Source: Octopus sinensis
Lineage: Eukaryota
Length of the DNA: 64,000 nucleotides
Assembly: GCF_006345805.1 (NCBI RefSeq)
Contig: NC_043005.1
Coordinates: forward strand, 80,972,001-81,036,000
Direction: 5' to 3'
This document shows positions 51,301-64,000 of this stretch, in pieces. The notes beneath the pieces were generated by a model. It saw nothing but the letters and a program-made list of their open reading frames with translations, did no database searches and was not told where the DNA came from. The stretch's first letter is position 1, and every line of letters begins with the position of its first letter. Made by a program: the position numbers and the translations under genes.

Positions 51301-51689
51301 ACACATGGCAGTTTTCTTTAATTTTCTCTCTACTTGTAATCCATCATGTTGAGTGCATACTAACTTAAAATAAACTGTAAATTTTCGCCTATCAAGAAAA
51401 GTGTAGAATGTGTTTGAATCTCTCACCATTTGTTTTAAAACTAAATTTAAAATATGCTCTTTCGTTTTCAATATCATTGTATATGTAATTATAAAAGAAA
51501 CCGGCTTTCAGGAATAGCGACCGCACGTTGTGCAATTAAGTGACAAGTAAAAAGAAACAAAGAAAATGCACACTAGGTGCGGATGTAATGGATCTTTTTC
51601 TTAAACAAATAATATATTTACAAACAAATGAGTTGAAGTTGAATTAAGATGTAAAAAATCATTATAAAAAGTCATACCGATTTCGCTAT

Positions 51690-51841
51690 ACATGATCGCT
51701 ATATATATATATATATAATATATATATATATATACATATGTGTGTGTGTATATGTATGCATCTCTCTCGCTCTTTCTCTGTATATTTGTATATATATATA
51801 TATAATAATATATATATATATATATATAATAATATATGTGG

Positions 51842-51872
<31 letters not shown>

Positions 51873-51930
51873 TGTGTGTACATACACACAAATTTTAGAA
51901 CTACTGTTGTATGTGTATATACTTGTGTGC

Positions 51931-51974
<44 letters not shown>

Positions 51975-52110
51975 ATGTTTTATATATATATATAACATAC
52001 ATATATATATGTATAATATATATATACATACATACATACATACACACACATATATATATATAATATATATATCTATATATTATATATATATATATATATA
52101 TGATATTATA
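51690..52110. repeat. (TA)/(TG)/(CA) microsatellite tract
   Basis: Directly visible. Confidence 0.95.
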
Positions 52111-52329
52111 TGTGTGATTTCCTGCGCTAGAATTCCGTTAATGTTCCAGCTTTAGGAATATTATTAGATTTCTATTTCAATTTGAAAGCCAATGGTTTTC
52201 TTATCTCAATTCCCTTTCTATTTTTATAATCAGAACTTATTAATTCCCTTAGAATTTTACATTGTTGTGTCCGGCCGCCTATTATTTCATATTTGTGTGA
52301 AACGGATTAGCAGAAGGCAACAAGTCAGC

Positions 52330-52832
52330 TCGAATGAAAGATAGAAAAGGAAAGAGTAGAGTAAGAGAGAGAGAGATAATGACCGTGAAAGAAGAGAGAC
52401 ACATGGAAAGCAGGCTGTTTATTCAAATATTGAAATACTGATTGAAAGACACTAGAGGGGTAAAGGGAAAGAGAGAGAGAGTGGTAAAAGTAGAGAGAGA
52501 GAGAGTGAGTGTGCGTGTGTGAGTGTGTGGTTAAAGGAGAGAGAAAGAGTGGGAGAAGAGAGAATGGAGGGGAAGAGTAGTGTGGGAGAGGACGTGGGAA
52601 TGACTGGAAGAATGAGGAAAGGATATAGGAAAGGGGAACGTGAGAGATAGAGGAAGAGTAGGAGAGTGAGTGGGAGGAAGACAGTGGGACAGGGAAAGAG
52701 TTGGAGAGGGGCAGATAGAGTGGGAGATAGAGAGAGAACCATATAATAAAAAAAGATTGAAATAGTAGAAGGAGAAGAAACAGGAGAAGAAGAACGAGAA
52801 GAGCGAGAAGAAGAAGAAGGAGAAAGTGAAGG

Positions 52833-52882
<50 letters not shown>

Positions 52883-53338
52883 AAGGAGAAGAGATGTAGA
52901 AGTAGAAGAAGAAGAAGAGAAGAAGAAGAAGAAGAAGGAGAAGAAGAAGAAGAAGAAGAAGAAGAAGAAGAAGAAGACGAAGAAGAAGACGACGAGGAAG
53001 AAAAAGAGGAGGAGAAGGAAGAAAAAGAAGAAGAAGACGAAGAAGAAGACGACGAGGAAGAAAAAGAGGAGGAGAAGGAAGAAAAAGAAGAAGAAGAAGA
53101 AGAAGAAGAAGAAGAAGAAAAAGAAGACGACGAGGAAGAAAAAGAGGAGAAGGAAGAAGAAGAAGAAGAAGAAGAAGAAGAAGAAGAAGACGAGGAAGAA
53201 AAAGAGGAGGAGAAGGAAGAAAAAGAAGAAGACGACGAGGAAGAAAAAGAGGAGGAGAAGGAAGAAAAAGAAGAAAAAGAAGAAGAAGAAGAAGACGACG
53301 ATGAAGAAAAAGAGGAGGAGAAAAAGAAGAAGAAGAAG

Positions 53339-53370
<32 letters not shown>

Positions 53371-53465
53371 GGGTAGGAAGAAGGAACAAAGTAAAAGAGG
53401 AAGAGAAAGGAGAAGAAACACATGATGGAGAAGGAGAAGAATGAGATGGAGAAGAAAGGAGAAAA
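52330..53465. repeat. Polypurine tract with (GTA)n, (GAA)n and an approximately 60-bp higher-order minisatellite
   Basis: Rows starting 52981 and 53041 repeat with an exact 60-bp period; the unit gaagacgacgaggaagaaaaagaggaggagaaggaagaaaaa recurs about 6 times. Confidence 0.95.
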
Positions 53466-53659
53466 CGCAGGTTCAAGGAGGAGTGAAAACAGGAAAAAGT
53501 GAATAACATAATAGAATTAGAAAAGAATACTAGAAATGGATGCTTTTGGATGAAGGCGTTAAATAGCTTGGATATCGGATGTATTAATATCATCGGTGTG
53601 GAACCCAATCATGAACCGATCAAGCTCTTGAATGCAAGAACGAGATATTAATCCATATC

Positions 53660-53667
53660 ATTCTATC

Positions 53668-53698
<31 letters not shown>

Positions 53699-54010
53699 CT
53701 TCTCCTTCTTTTCCTCTTTTTTTCTTCTTCTACTTCTTCTTCTCCTTTTCTTCTTTTCTTCTTCTTCCTCCTCCTCTCCTTCTTCTTCTCTTCTTTTCTT
53801 CTTCTTCTCTTCTTTTCTTCTTCTTTTCTTCTTTTCTTCTTCTCCTTTTTTCTTCTTCTTCTTTTTCTTCTCTTCTTCTTCTTCTTCTTCTTCTTCTTCT
53901 TCTTCTTCTTCTCCTTCTTCTTCTTCTTCTTCTCCTTCTTTTCCTCTTCTCCTTCTTCACCTTCTTCTTCTTCTTCCTCTTCTTCTCCTCCTTCTTCTTT
54001 CTATATCAGC
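53660..54010. repeat. Polypyrimidine (CTT)n tract
   Basis: Directly visible. Confidence 0.95.
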
Positions 54011-54569
54011 CCCACCCCACCTCCAACACTTCCTTCCTCTCTTGCCAATACAGCCATTTATTATAATAGGTTTGGAATCTTTGGTGTCTCTCCTCCCATA
54101 TATTTCATTTATTCTTATTTTCCATTTTAGAAATGAATTATCGATGAAGATGCTCTTGTAGACAACTGAGTTATGATATTCAATGATTCTCTGTGTGTTT
54201 GACTGAACATGTATATGTGTATGCATATGTGTATGTGTGTTTCTGTGTGTTTCAGTGCAATGCAAATGTCTGGTCGATTAAAATCACAACTAATCAATAA
54301 CGGATATCTCTAAGGGAGTTAGACGTAGTCTTTAAATTCGTTGTAGTTAATCCTACCCCTTTTTAGTACTAGGCTCAATGGGATCCGTTCTTTCCAGTGG
54401 ACACCATCGAACGCATAGACATGTTTTTTTTCACGATATGTAACTACTGGGCTTCCATATAATCTTGCACAGAACCGAATCATAGAAAAACAACGCCAGA
54501 ATTATTTCAAATACACTAAAAATGTTCAATGATGACGTTTTACAATATAAAATTGGGCGCATGGTAACG

Positions 54570-54983
54570 CAGTGAGCTGGCAGAATCGTTAGCGCAAGGG
54601 GCAGAATGCTTAGCGGCATTTCTTACGTGTCTATGTTTCTTAGTTCAAGTTCTATCGAAACTAACTTTGCATTCCATCGTTTCTAGGTTGAGAAAATAGG
54701 TACCATGTGAGCATTGGGATCGAGGAAAATGCTGGCCTAGTGCCAAAACTTATTTCTTTACTGCCCACAAAGCACTACACACAGAAGGGACAAACAAGGA
54801 CAGACAAGCGGATTAAGTCGATTATATCGACCCCAGTACGTAACTGGTACTTATTTAATCGACCTAGAAAGGATGAAAGGCAAAGTCGACCTCGGCAAAA
54901 TTTGAACTCAGAACGTAGCGGCAGACGAAATACCGCTAAGCATTTCGCCCGGCCGGCTAACGTTTCTGCCAGCTCGCCGCCTT
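54570..54983. mobile_element. Decayed family A SINE (+, 54570-54750) with a younger monomer (-, 54751-54983) at its 3' end, about 12-bp TSD
   Basis: gtgccaaaactt (54739-54750) and gtgccaaatctt (54984-54995) flank the minus copy. Confidence 0.88.
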
Positions 54984-55649
54984 GTGCCAAATCTTGAAAG
55001 AATATAAAAGTGAATGAATTTACAATTTATAGAACCACTAATATTTACACAGCACAAAGCGATGTAGAACACGGAATATATGAAAGTAAGAACACAATCA
55101 TTAAAAATGAAATATATATATAAATGATAAGCGATAAACGTCTGTTTGTGTTGATCTGAAGAATTCGTATTCCTGATAATGCTGTCAGGTCATTCCTTTC
55201 CTATGTTGCTTATAGCTGGAGATAGTATAATAGTGGGAAAAATGAGTTATGTCTTCTGAATGGTTGAAAATATACTTCTATGTTTTCGCAGTGATAGCAC
55301 TCGACTTCCTTCTGTTTAAATTGCCACGACCTCACAGGTTATTGACTTCAATTCATAGAATATTAATTTTTAACCGGAGAGCGATCATCATGACAATTTC
55401 GTGTTTGCATGATTGTCTTGGAAAGATCTCCCGTAAGCCATTTTCGTTTAAAAAGAGAATTATACAATGAATATCGCAATTTTGACTGTTTAAAATATCA
55501 ACGTTTCACGCTGGAATGCTTTTCACAATATAACACGTCGATCGACGCTGATAGTGAGCAAGAGAAACGGCAATGCCATCCGCGTCAGTATAAACAACGG
55601 CATTAACTGAGCAAAGAAATTATAGTTAAAATTACAAATACATTTAGGA

Positions 55650-55865
55650 CGAGAAACTGGCAGAATTTTGCACGCCGGGCAAAGTGCTTTGCGGCATTTC
55701 GACCGACTTTTCGTTCTGAGTTGAATTTACACCGAGGTCGAATTTACACTCAGGCTTTCATCCTTTCAGTGTTGATAAAATAAGGACTAGTTGAGCAATG
55801 GGAGCGATTAGATCGTCTTGCTCCCTACCCTGAATTTGCTGTCCTTGTGCCAAAATTTGACACCA
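55650..55865 (+). mobile_element. Decayed family A SINE
   Basis: ctggcagaatt...cacgccgggc.aa.tgctt.gcggcatttcg...gttctgagtt...gaggtcga...ctttcatcctttc. Confidence 0.85.
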
Positions 55866-58149
55866 GAATTACAGGTGCTCTTTACCCTCAAAGCAATTTT
55901 AATTGTCAGCAATCTTGTAGCAAAGTGATGAGATTTCTGTCAATAACTAATTCCTAAGATAAAAGATACTATGTCATTGGGTTAAGAAGGTTTATATAAC
56001 ACTTTTAAAATCAGCTTCTTGTTTACTGCAAATCTGTTCCGCAAGAATGCCAACAGTAGTGACACAGGAAGTAAATTTGATGTCAAACATAAAGAACGTC
56101 TGTGATATAATTTGATACGAATAAAATGTCGGCCAAATTAGATCCAGTTTATAATTATAGAAAGGAATAACCAAAGACAATGAATAGAACCACAATACAA
56201 AACAAATATAGGCCAGAACAGTAGCAAAAAGACAAATAACGGCAATAACAACAACAATATATCGCGCAGGAGGATACTGGGAGATTGAGAACATTAGATT
56301 GTTTAAATATTGATAGGAAACTGGAAACTACTATTCGCAACATATGTCAGCAGCGCATGCGATTCTTCAAACAGGAACACATATATGGGTTTGCAATACA
56401 TTGCAATGAGATTCTAGTTTAGCACATGACGTAGTTTAACGCTTCTTGTTTATTTCTTTAACCTATTTCAATTTGCCTGCAGTCAGTCCTATGAATATTT
56501 TCAAAGCGAAACCATAAGAAAATCACTTTACCGATATCTTATTAAGGAAGACAAAATCGGTTAAGAATTGACATAGATTTTTTTTTATGCGAGCTAATTA
56601 CACGTACAGGGAATCATCAAAACGCTAAACAGTATATCTGAAGACTAATTACGAATGTGAGGCTATGTCTGGGAAAAAAAAGTAAAAACACCATCGTTTA
56701 TTATGTTAATGTCGAGACTGATATTTTAATTGTTTTCGCTGTTGATATCGAGTGAATTACGCGTATCTCATGTCTGCAGTGTGTAAGAACTTACCAAAGA
56801 AAATATAAAAGAGAAAGGAGTTTTGCTGTTCATTAGTGATCGACAGGTTAATTAGTGCACAAAGAAATCAATATTTGATTAAGTACTTAGTCACATAGTG
56901 CAGCTCATTTCTCACGTTTATATACACGCACTTCATAATTCCTGAAATGTAGCAACATTAAGCCATCCAAAGTGATTTTGCAGACACGAAGAAATGCTTA
57001 TATTACTCAATTTAAACCTCAATTTCATATAGGGTTATAGAAGAATACAGACAAGCTTAGTGAATCTTTTATCATTCGATATTCTGATTAAGGGTTAATA
57101 ATCACCAGCTCACCCCTTATAATGAAAATTGCTTTTCATTGAAAAGAGGGCCGAGGGTAATAAAGAAAGTATAGTAAGGAAACTCATTCTAAATATATTG
57201 CTGGTACATGTTCCTTTTCTTCCAAGTTGGATGGGTGGTATTTTAAATCCTGAGGACTTAGCATAATCAATTTAATTCTGAAAATTGAACGCAGAATACT
57301 TGATACTGAAATAAAACATTCCGAGATATATAGCAACAACCTTCTATCTCTCCTCTCTACACAGTAAACACGTTTTTAAAATTGAAATGTTACATATTGA
57401 ATTGATCTAGTAATTCGTTAATGAACATAAATGACAAACCATCAAATTGTTCTTGTGCGATTTACTGCCCAGATAAGATTTGATTAAATGGAGCAAAAAC
57501 TAAAGCGGACCTACCATTACTTTTAATTCGATTCTGTGATGTGTCCAGAATTGCATTACCCAGAAATTTGAGAAAATTTTGGTTGGTATTTCTAGCTAGT
57601 CTACAGTTGGTACGTTAAGGCCATCTCCTAAAAGAAAAATTTAAAATCTCACACGATTTCGGTTATTCCTAAAATCTATTAACATTCGTATATGGAAAGT
57701 AAAATTTAATGAAGCGTTTAAGAAAATGCTTCAAATGATGTTTCTATGTCTTTTAGACAATTTGCGTATTTCCATCGTTCACATTCCGATATAATAATAT
57801 TACTATGCAATGCAGAATTGAAAACATTTTTAAGGCGCCTTATTATCTGACTGATTAAAAAACAGAACGCAACACCTGAACGCGTTGCATTATTTAAAGA
57901 ACTAATTTTTTATGATTCCCTTGTCAGCTTTATGTCTGTTTTAACAAGATTAGTTGCCATCAAGTGAGTAAATAAGTAAAACAACTATAAACTTCATTTT
58001 GTGAAGATCTTTAAACTGATAACATAGAATTTTCTTGGGGAAATGAACTTAAAAAAACATAAAGAATAAGGATATGCTTTATTAACATTGATCGCCTTTC
58101 CTCTGACGCCGGTTTCTCAACTCCTCCTCCTCCTCCCTTTTTTTCTTAT

Positions 58150-58152
58150 TTT

Positions 58153-58196
<44 letters not shown>

Positions 58197-58215
58197 GCTA
58201 CTGCTGCTGCTGCTG

Positions 58216-58272
<57 letters not shown>
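58150..58272. repeat. (CTA)n/(CTG)n microsatellite
   Basis: Directly visible. Confidence 0.97.
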
Positions 58273-58436
58273 TTTAACATCCTAGAATGGACAAATGAAA
58301 CAGCTAAGATCTCTCTCTATCAGAATCTTTTTTTTTCTCCCATTCTATGGCATTTTACTTTGTAGATCTAATTCCACGCGCTAAACCATGTACTGTATTA
58401 AAAATTAAAAGCTGTCAAAGAGTGGAAATCACTTAC

Positions 58437-58496
58437 AAAGAGAACACGACAGCCAATAAAGTGCGACGAACGTAGGTGTACCGCCATTTTACTTGC
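58437..58496 (-). other. Candidate 60-nt exon, possibly carrying a start codon (unassigned)
   Basis: The minus strand reads ctgcattttcatag|gcaagtaaaATGGCG...CTCTTT|gtaagt, with canonical acceptor and donor and ATG (58487) in aaaATGg context. It gives MAVHLRSSHFIGCRVLF; no homology was recognised. Confidence 0.25.
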
Positions 58497-59329
58497 CTAT
58501 GAAAATGCAGTAAGATGATGTTTGAATCCAAATTATATCTGTGTAAATGTAACCACTCTTTGCGATGTCTATTCTTTGAATGGTGAATACTATAACCAAA
58601 TACATGGATGGAGTATACTATAACCAAATGGACACATTAGCAATCTGAAATGAAATTACCTTCTCGATGGTTACTCTTCAAAATTCAGGTCGGGAGCTCT
58701 CGAGCCAGAGATAAACTCTCAAAGACAGTGCTCGACCTGCTAGAAAAGCAACCATGTTTTTATATCATCTAGAGAAAAATAATGTGTTCCAATACACATT
58801 ATGTCTCAAAAGAATTTTTGGGCGCTTACATAGTGAAGATATATGAAATTATGTCTGTTCAATCAGTGCTAATCTTGTGCCAAACAAGAAGAACGGCAGC
58901 AACAACAACACACATTTCTAGATATCTGGAGCTCATCAGTGAATAATAACAGTTAAAGAACGCAAAATGAAATTGCAAAACAACTCAAAGAAAACATATT
59001 TTGCTAATATAGAGTTAATAGTCTTTAGTTAAACTTCTCTTTACAGAGAAAATGTAATTTATTGCACAATTTATCTTTTCTGTACTAAATTTTCTTTTTA
59101 ATATTTTCTCTTTTTCACGTTTCTTAATGCAAATCTTTCTGTTTATTTTCGATCTTACATTGATAAAAAATATATAAATGTATAAAAAATACACAATTGT
59201 TAATATTTTTGCTGGTTTTCTATTGGTTGCAGATTTAAACTGATTTCCTGCCGTAAGTTCTTAGACTGTGTTTGCTAGAAATCAAATTTTTTTATGTTTT
59301 TTTTAAAGATTACTTTAATACATATTAAT

Positions 59330-59333
59330 AATG

Positions 59334-59399
<66 letters not shown>

Positions 59400-59570
59400 G
59401 CTCTGATGCAGTACCAGGCAGTGGCTCTCATGGCTTATCTTAACTGATTGGAGGTGGTATAATGTACATTGTTTTGTCTTGGTACAAAAGATGAGCTAAC
59501 GGCAAATATTCTGCTCAATACCACAGATTTGCTTGGCAGTTGTTTTACCTTAACCAGTTGAGCATCTTTC
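59330..59570. mobile_element. (TAA)n tract (59330-59397) plus a partial copy of the TAA-flanked repeat (59398-59570)
   Basis: gcagtggctctcatggctt...cttaactga.tgga.gtg.tat.atgtaca.tgttttgtcttggt...ctcaataccacagatttgctt matches the reverse complement of 43200-43330. Confidence 0.88.
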
Positions 59571-59792
59571 AGTATTGAGACATAGCTGCTTTAAATAATA
59601 CTTGAATACCTATTCTGAGGTGTTCGTATCTATTTTAAACTAAAATTTTTACAAGGTTCTGTGAGAACCACAACAGAACACTGATCCTCCATGACGAGGA
59701 TCTACGTTGGTAGCTCCTTAGCAAGTCAATTACAAAGTAGCTATGTGAGTGTTTCGGATACTGAAAACGGCAGTCTAATGGATGGAAGGAAG

Positions 59793-60103
59793 CACTCCGT
59801 CGGTTACGACGACGAGGGTTCCGGTTGATCCGAATCAACGGAACAGCCTGCTCGTGAAATTAACGTGCAAGTGGCTGAGCACTCCACATACACGTGTACT
59901 CTTAACGTAGTTCTTGGGGATATTCAGCGTGACACAGAGAGTGACAAGGCCGGCCCTTTGAAATACAGGTACAACAGAAACAGGAAGTAAGAGTGAGAGA
60001 AAGTTGTGGTGAAAGAGTACAGCAGGGATCGCCACCATCCCCTGCCGGAGCCTCGTGGAGCTTTAGGTGTTTTCGCTCAATAAACACTCACAACACTCAC
60101 AAG
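59793..60103 (-). mobile_element. 5'-truncated family B SINE (tRNA head missing)
   Basis: Matches 19943-20250; ends at caataaacactcacaa. Confidence 0.93.
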
Positions 60104-62659
60104 CGTAGAGAGAACCAAAGACAAAGAAAGAAGGATGCATTGTGCATTTTCAAATATTAAACCTAACCAAGATTGTTTTGCTAATGGCGATGTCCATACT
60201 GAAAAAAGTATTGTGCAAACCGTCGTTAGTATACAATCGATTGTCTTATTCTCCAATCATTAAATCTTTGAAATGTAAGTAGTGTATGCTTTGAAGACCA
60301 CACTAACTGTAACAATGCTCCATGTTATTGCTTACTCTTAGTGACCTAGTAACCCATGGAGAGTAATTCTTTTTTTAGTCATTCAAAGAGAACATCAAAT
60401 AAGAGAATGAATATACAAACTATGATATCAATGTCGTTCATTACGTATTGCATCTGAATGGAACGCATTTATACAGACACAAATAAGCTTTCAGATACAC
60501 ATATAAACACATTCCTATTTACAGCAAATGCATTCTAACACTTATAAGGGCAATATAACCTTTCACTTACACTTTACCAGTTTCATACTTTATAAAATAT
60601 AGCTGCTATATTGTAGATAACAATATACTAAGTAACATAATGTTGTGTACTATTAAAAGAGGCTTGGCGTTTAATATTGCGGAGCGACCGTCTTCTTATT
60701 GTTGCTTTGGGCTCGTATCATCATTCGTCCAGGAAACCCGTAACCAGTGTCATTCTGACTGTTACAATCTAGTCTTTTCAGATGTTTTAATACAGTAACC
60801 AATTACTCTTGTCATTCATATAGAGCGAAATTTTGGATTTGTGTGTCTTGCAGATTTTGTATCCAGCTCTTTGAAATATATCATAGAATTTTCTTCTCAT
60901 GACCTCTGTTACAATTGAGTTTTTTTTTAACGAATAAGCTGATTATTATACCTAGAGGTATCTTAGAGTTCTGCTGACTTTAAATTAAACTTGAAATTCT
61001 AAAAAAGTCCTTTGTATACCCATCAATTGAACATTTTCTCAATGAAAATAAACTTCTTCAAAAATATGAGCTAAGGAAGCTTCCTTGTAGTAAAATAAAA
61101 TCATTTTTGTCGAAGAATACCCTTAACACAGGACATACTCAGAAGTTGATGTCGGTAAATATCTAAAATAATATAGTCCCAAATATATCCATATTACCAC
61201 CATAATTTATGTTGATGTCAGTAGGCTTAATGCATAGATTATGAGGGCTAAAATACAATGAAATATGTACAGTTAAATAATTTTACTCGATTATTAATAT
61301 TTCCGTTTATTCCTCCGGAAAATACGTAAGAAATGTTGTCAGTACTTTCTGGTTTCCCATATAAAGCGTATTGTAAGTACATATTACATATGTAAATATG
61401 ATCAGGAAGTAATAAGTCACTTCTATTTGGTGCTTTTAAAATGGTGAATAGTTTAACAATGAAACAATTCTGTGATACTCTTAATTGGAGTTGCTAGAAC
61501 TGTAAGGTGTTCCGAGAAAAGGGAATGTGCTGTAGGTTTAAGTCTTGGCTGAGCAATATTTCTAAACAATCGTTGTGTCAGCCCATTCTGTTCATAGCTC
61601 AATAATTAAGAAAGAAGGGCAATCGACCGGTAACCTTCATTTCTACAAATTAGAGGAAGATACATTAAAGGTGGACATCCATGTTGTTCATCTAATGATT
61701 TGTATATTTTTAATATTTGATATCGATTTCGAGACAGCTCAATTATATGTATAGTTTGAAAGTAGTCCATCACCAGATATTTTTTCCCCATTTACGTAAC
61801 CTTGAAGAGTAGATACCAAGTAATTAAAAATGTTAGCTGTTTTGTATTAATATATAAACCATGTTTATGATTTGTTTCCTACATGCATTATGCCATAACA
61901 CTGAACCTACCTACTGAAGCTGATATGTAACTTAATATTGTGTAGGCAGGTGCAATTACATATACAATTCACAATTTTGACACTTCGTACATTGTACTCA
62001 GCATATGACTGCCAAATCCACCAATTTTCTATAACACTTGATGTATTAGTCTCTTACCAAATATTAGAAAGTGGCGTAAATCTCATGTTTAAGTTATACC
62101 TTTCTTATACAACTTTCTGATCCAGAATTCTACAAACTGAAAGTCAGAAGAAACTTAATATTGCAGATTTTATTTACCAAGTGTCTGAAACAAACACCTG
62201 TCATTGAATCATTGAAGTGTGTCATTTTTAGCATACACGTACATATATACAAATATAGTAATAGGTTGGTTCAATCAAAACATCCTAGTGTAGGTCGATA
62301 GTAAACTTCAAGTATGTGTTCAGCTAGTATAAATGACAGACGTTTGACAATATACAATAGAACGTTTTCGTGTATCATCGTTTGTATGGCGGTTGTCAGT
62401 TTATCGAAATCGCTTTTGATTTCAATGTGGGACGATATCAGTAACTTACGATAGTAAATAGTCTCTTTGCATCGTATGATGTCTACTACCTATCATCTAT
62501 ATCCAAATATATCTATGCACATACATATAATGATCATACCTAATATATTTGTATATATTCGTGTATATATATATATATATATGATATTTGTGCATATATA
62601 CGATGATACATTGTAGTTATAAATTATTATCATCTATATTTGAGCTATAATTGCAGAGA

Positions 62660-63050
62660 TGCAGTGTCTTTTTCAAGAATTTATATGATAACAAGATTAT
62701 ACAAAAGCATGGCAAGACGAAGACACCATTTCAGAGATATCGACTATATCATCCACAGGGTTCAGGATTTTTTCTCAAACATGATAATCAAAAACAAAAA
62801 AAATACTTGTTCAAATTGAAAGGATATACAGCTCATGTGACTATCTTGAGAAACAATATTAGTTTATAAGCGTAATATCTCAGACATAGGAAAATGTCTT
62901 TGTAATCTTCCAGACTATTTTATCATGTCCAATTCTTTGAGGAATTCAATGAAGCTCTCATACAATTTCATGCTGTTTCGCACATCTTCATGGATCTGTC
63001 GCAGACAGAACATCACTGTAACTATATAGTTTTATTGGTCTGGATATCCC
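62660..63050 (-). pseudogene. RTE-like LINE reverse-transcriptase relic
   Basis: The minus strand reads TVMFCLRQIHEDVRNSMKLYESFIEFLKELDMI, resembling the RT segment xDMIFxLRQxQEK...LYxxFIDFxKAFD. Frameshifted VWKI and IS.GV..VLP follow. Confidence 0.55.
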
Positions 63051-64000
63051 CATTGAGTTACAAATGAGATTACCAATTCAGTTTGTTGAGCAACATTTTC
63101 ACGAGGATTTTCCCGTTGTAGCACTTTCGTAGCTTATGCGTTAATCTCATCAACCATTATAAATCTAAGAAAGGTGCTTAACTCTCTCCAGTTATCTGGG
63201 TCTTGTTAAGTCTTGAGCATCGATTATTAATGAGATTATATCCTTCAATGCAATTTCCTTATTTGATACTATTTCTTACTAATTTGATTTTTTTATGAAT
63301 TCAACGAGGTAAGTTTGGCTGTTTCACATTTAAGTTGGTGTTTGTGCTAGAATTAACGGTTATATGTTTCGATGTATTTTAGCTGTCTATGACAGAATAG
63401 GAAGTAGTTTGTAGTATTGCAAAATAGGTGTGTAGTGGATTTCCGTTCTGTTGTTTGTGACAATATTGGTGATTAAAGACTGACTGATGATCTTTCAAAC
63501 ATCTGATATCCCTAATTGCAAAACCTCTACTAATTATGTGTAAGTTACCTGATTTAAATTTAAATCAAGATGTACTTAAACCATAAAAATCATTGAAACA
63601 TTGAATTTATGCTTTTAAATTTAAGGCTTGTAACAAAGAATTTATTAGAAAATTGATACGTAGCTTGAAAAACAGATACAAATTAATCATTCACAGACAA
63701 AAAATATGACATACTAATTCTAGACATATTCCACAAAGTAAACATGTAGACCTATGAGCAAAATACAAATAAATTCACCTCACCTTGTCCTATCAAATCC
63801 ACGCATTAAATACAGAATTATAAAAAAAAATATGTTTATATATAAAGATGGAAAGTAGGATGGAATAAGACATAGAATGTGTCAAACAAAGCCATTATAT
63901 TGTTGTAGTTCACACTGTCACACATAAACACACAAGCAACCATTTAAACAACTCGTTATGACTTGCATACAAACATGTAATGTATTTCTAAACTGATTAG

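Noticed and set aside
52325-53608. 427-, 323- and 296-aa minus-strand ORFs, and an acidic E/D/K frame on plus
   Set aside because: These are translations of GAA/CTT repeats (poly-F/L/S). Stop-free only because TTC-type repeats lack stop codons; no domain content.
55992-56294. 100-aa hydrophobic ORF that looks like a membrane protein
   Set aside because: A T-rich strand gives hydrophobic residues in all three frames; starts at TTG; no family motif.
59398-59470. HDV-like ribozyme at the end of the TAA-flanked repeat
   Set aside because: I could not build P1/P2/P3 pairings by eye.

Overview
This is AT-rich, microsatellite-saturated eukaryotic DNA. The SINE families, (TA)n/(TAA)n load and mariner type point to an octopus or other coleoid cephalopod (inference, not searched). 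No intact protein-coding gene is recognisable, and nearly all ORFs in the supplied track are translations of microsatellites or SINEs. Supported content: (i) four fold-back inverted repeats (1490-2137, 2272-3649, 7013-7378, 15634-15803), three of them wedged against (TA)n tracts, each carrying a type I hammerhead ribozyme motif. Two motifs are intact-looking and two are decayed, and each has a different palindromic stem III, as expected for Penelope-like element (PLE) pLTR / retrozyme-type sequences. (ii) A decayed 3' fragment of 28S rDNA plus putative 3' spacer (3870-5215, minus). (iii) A mariner transposase pseudogene (14297-15278). (iv) An R4/Dong-type non-LTR element split into two oppositely oriented halves (38588-39435 and about 40490-42329). 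(v) A CR1 3' end nested inside another repeat, and an RTE-like RT relic. (vi) More than 35 copies of three tRNA-derived SINE families, one of which occurs as TSD-bounded monomers, dimers and trimers. (vii) A 300-bp segment present twice with a synonymous bias in one frame. All RNA folds and alignments were done by eye, and coordinates of degraded elements are approximate to within tens of bases.
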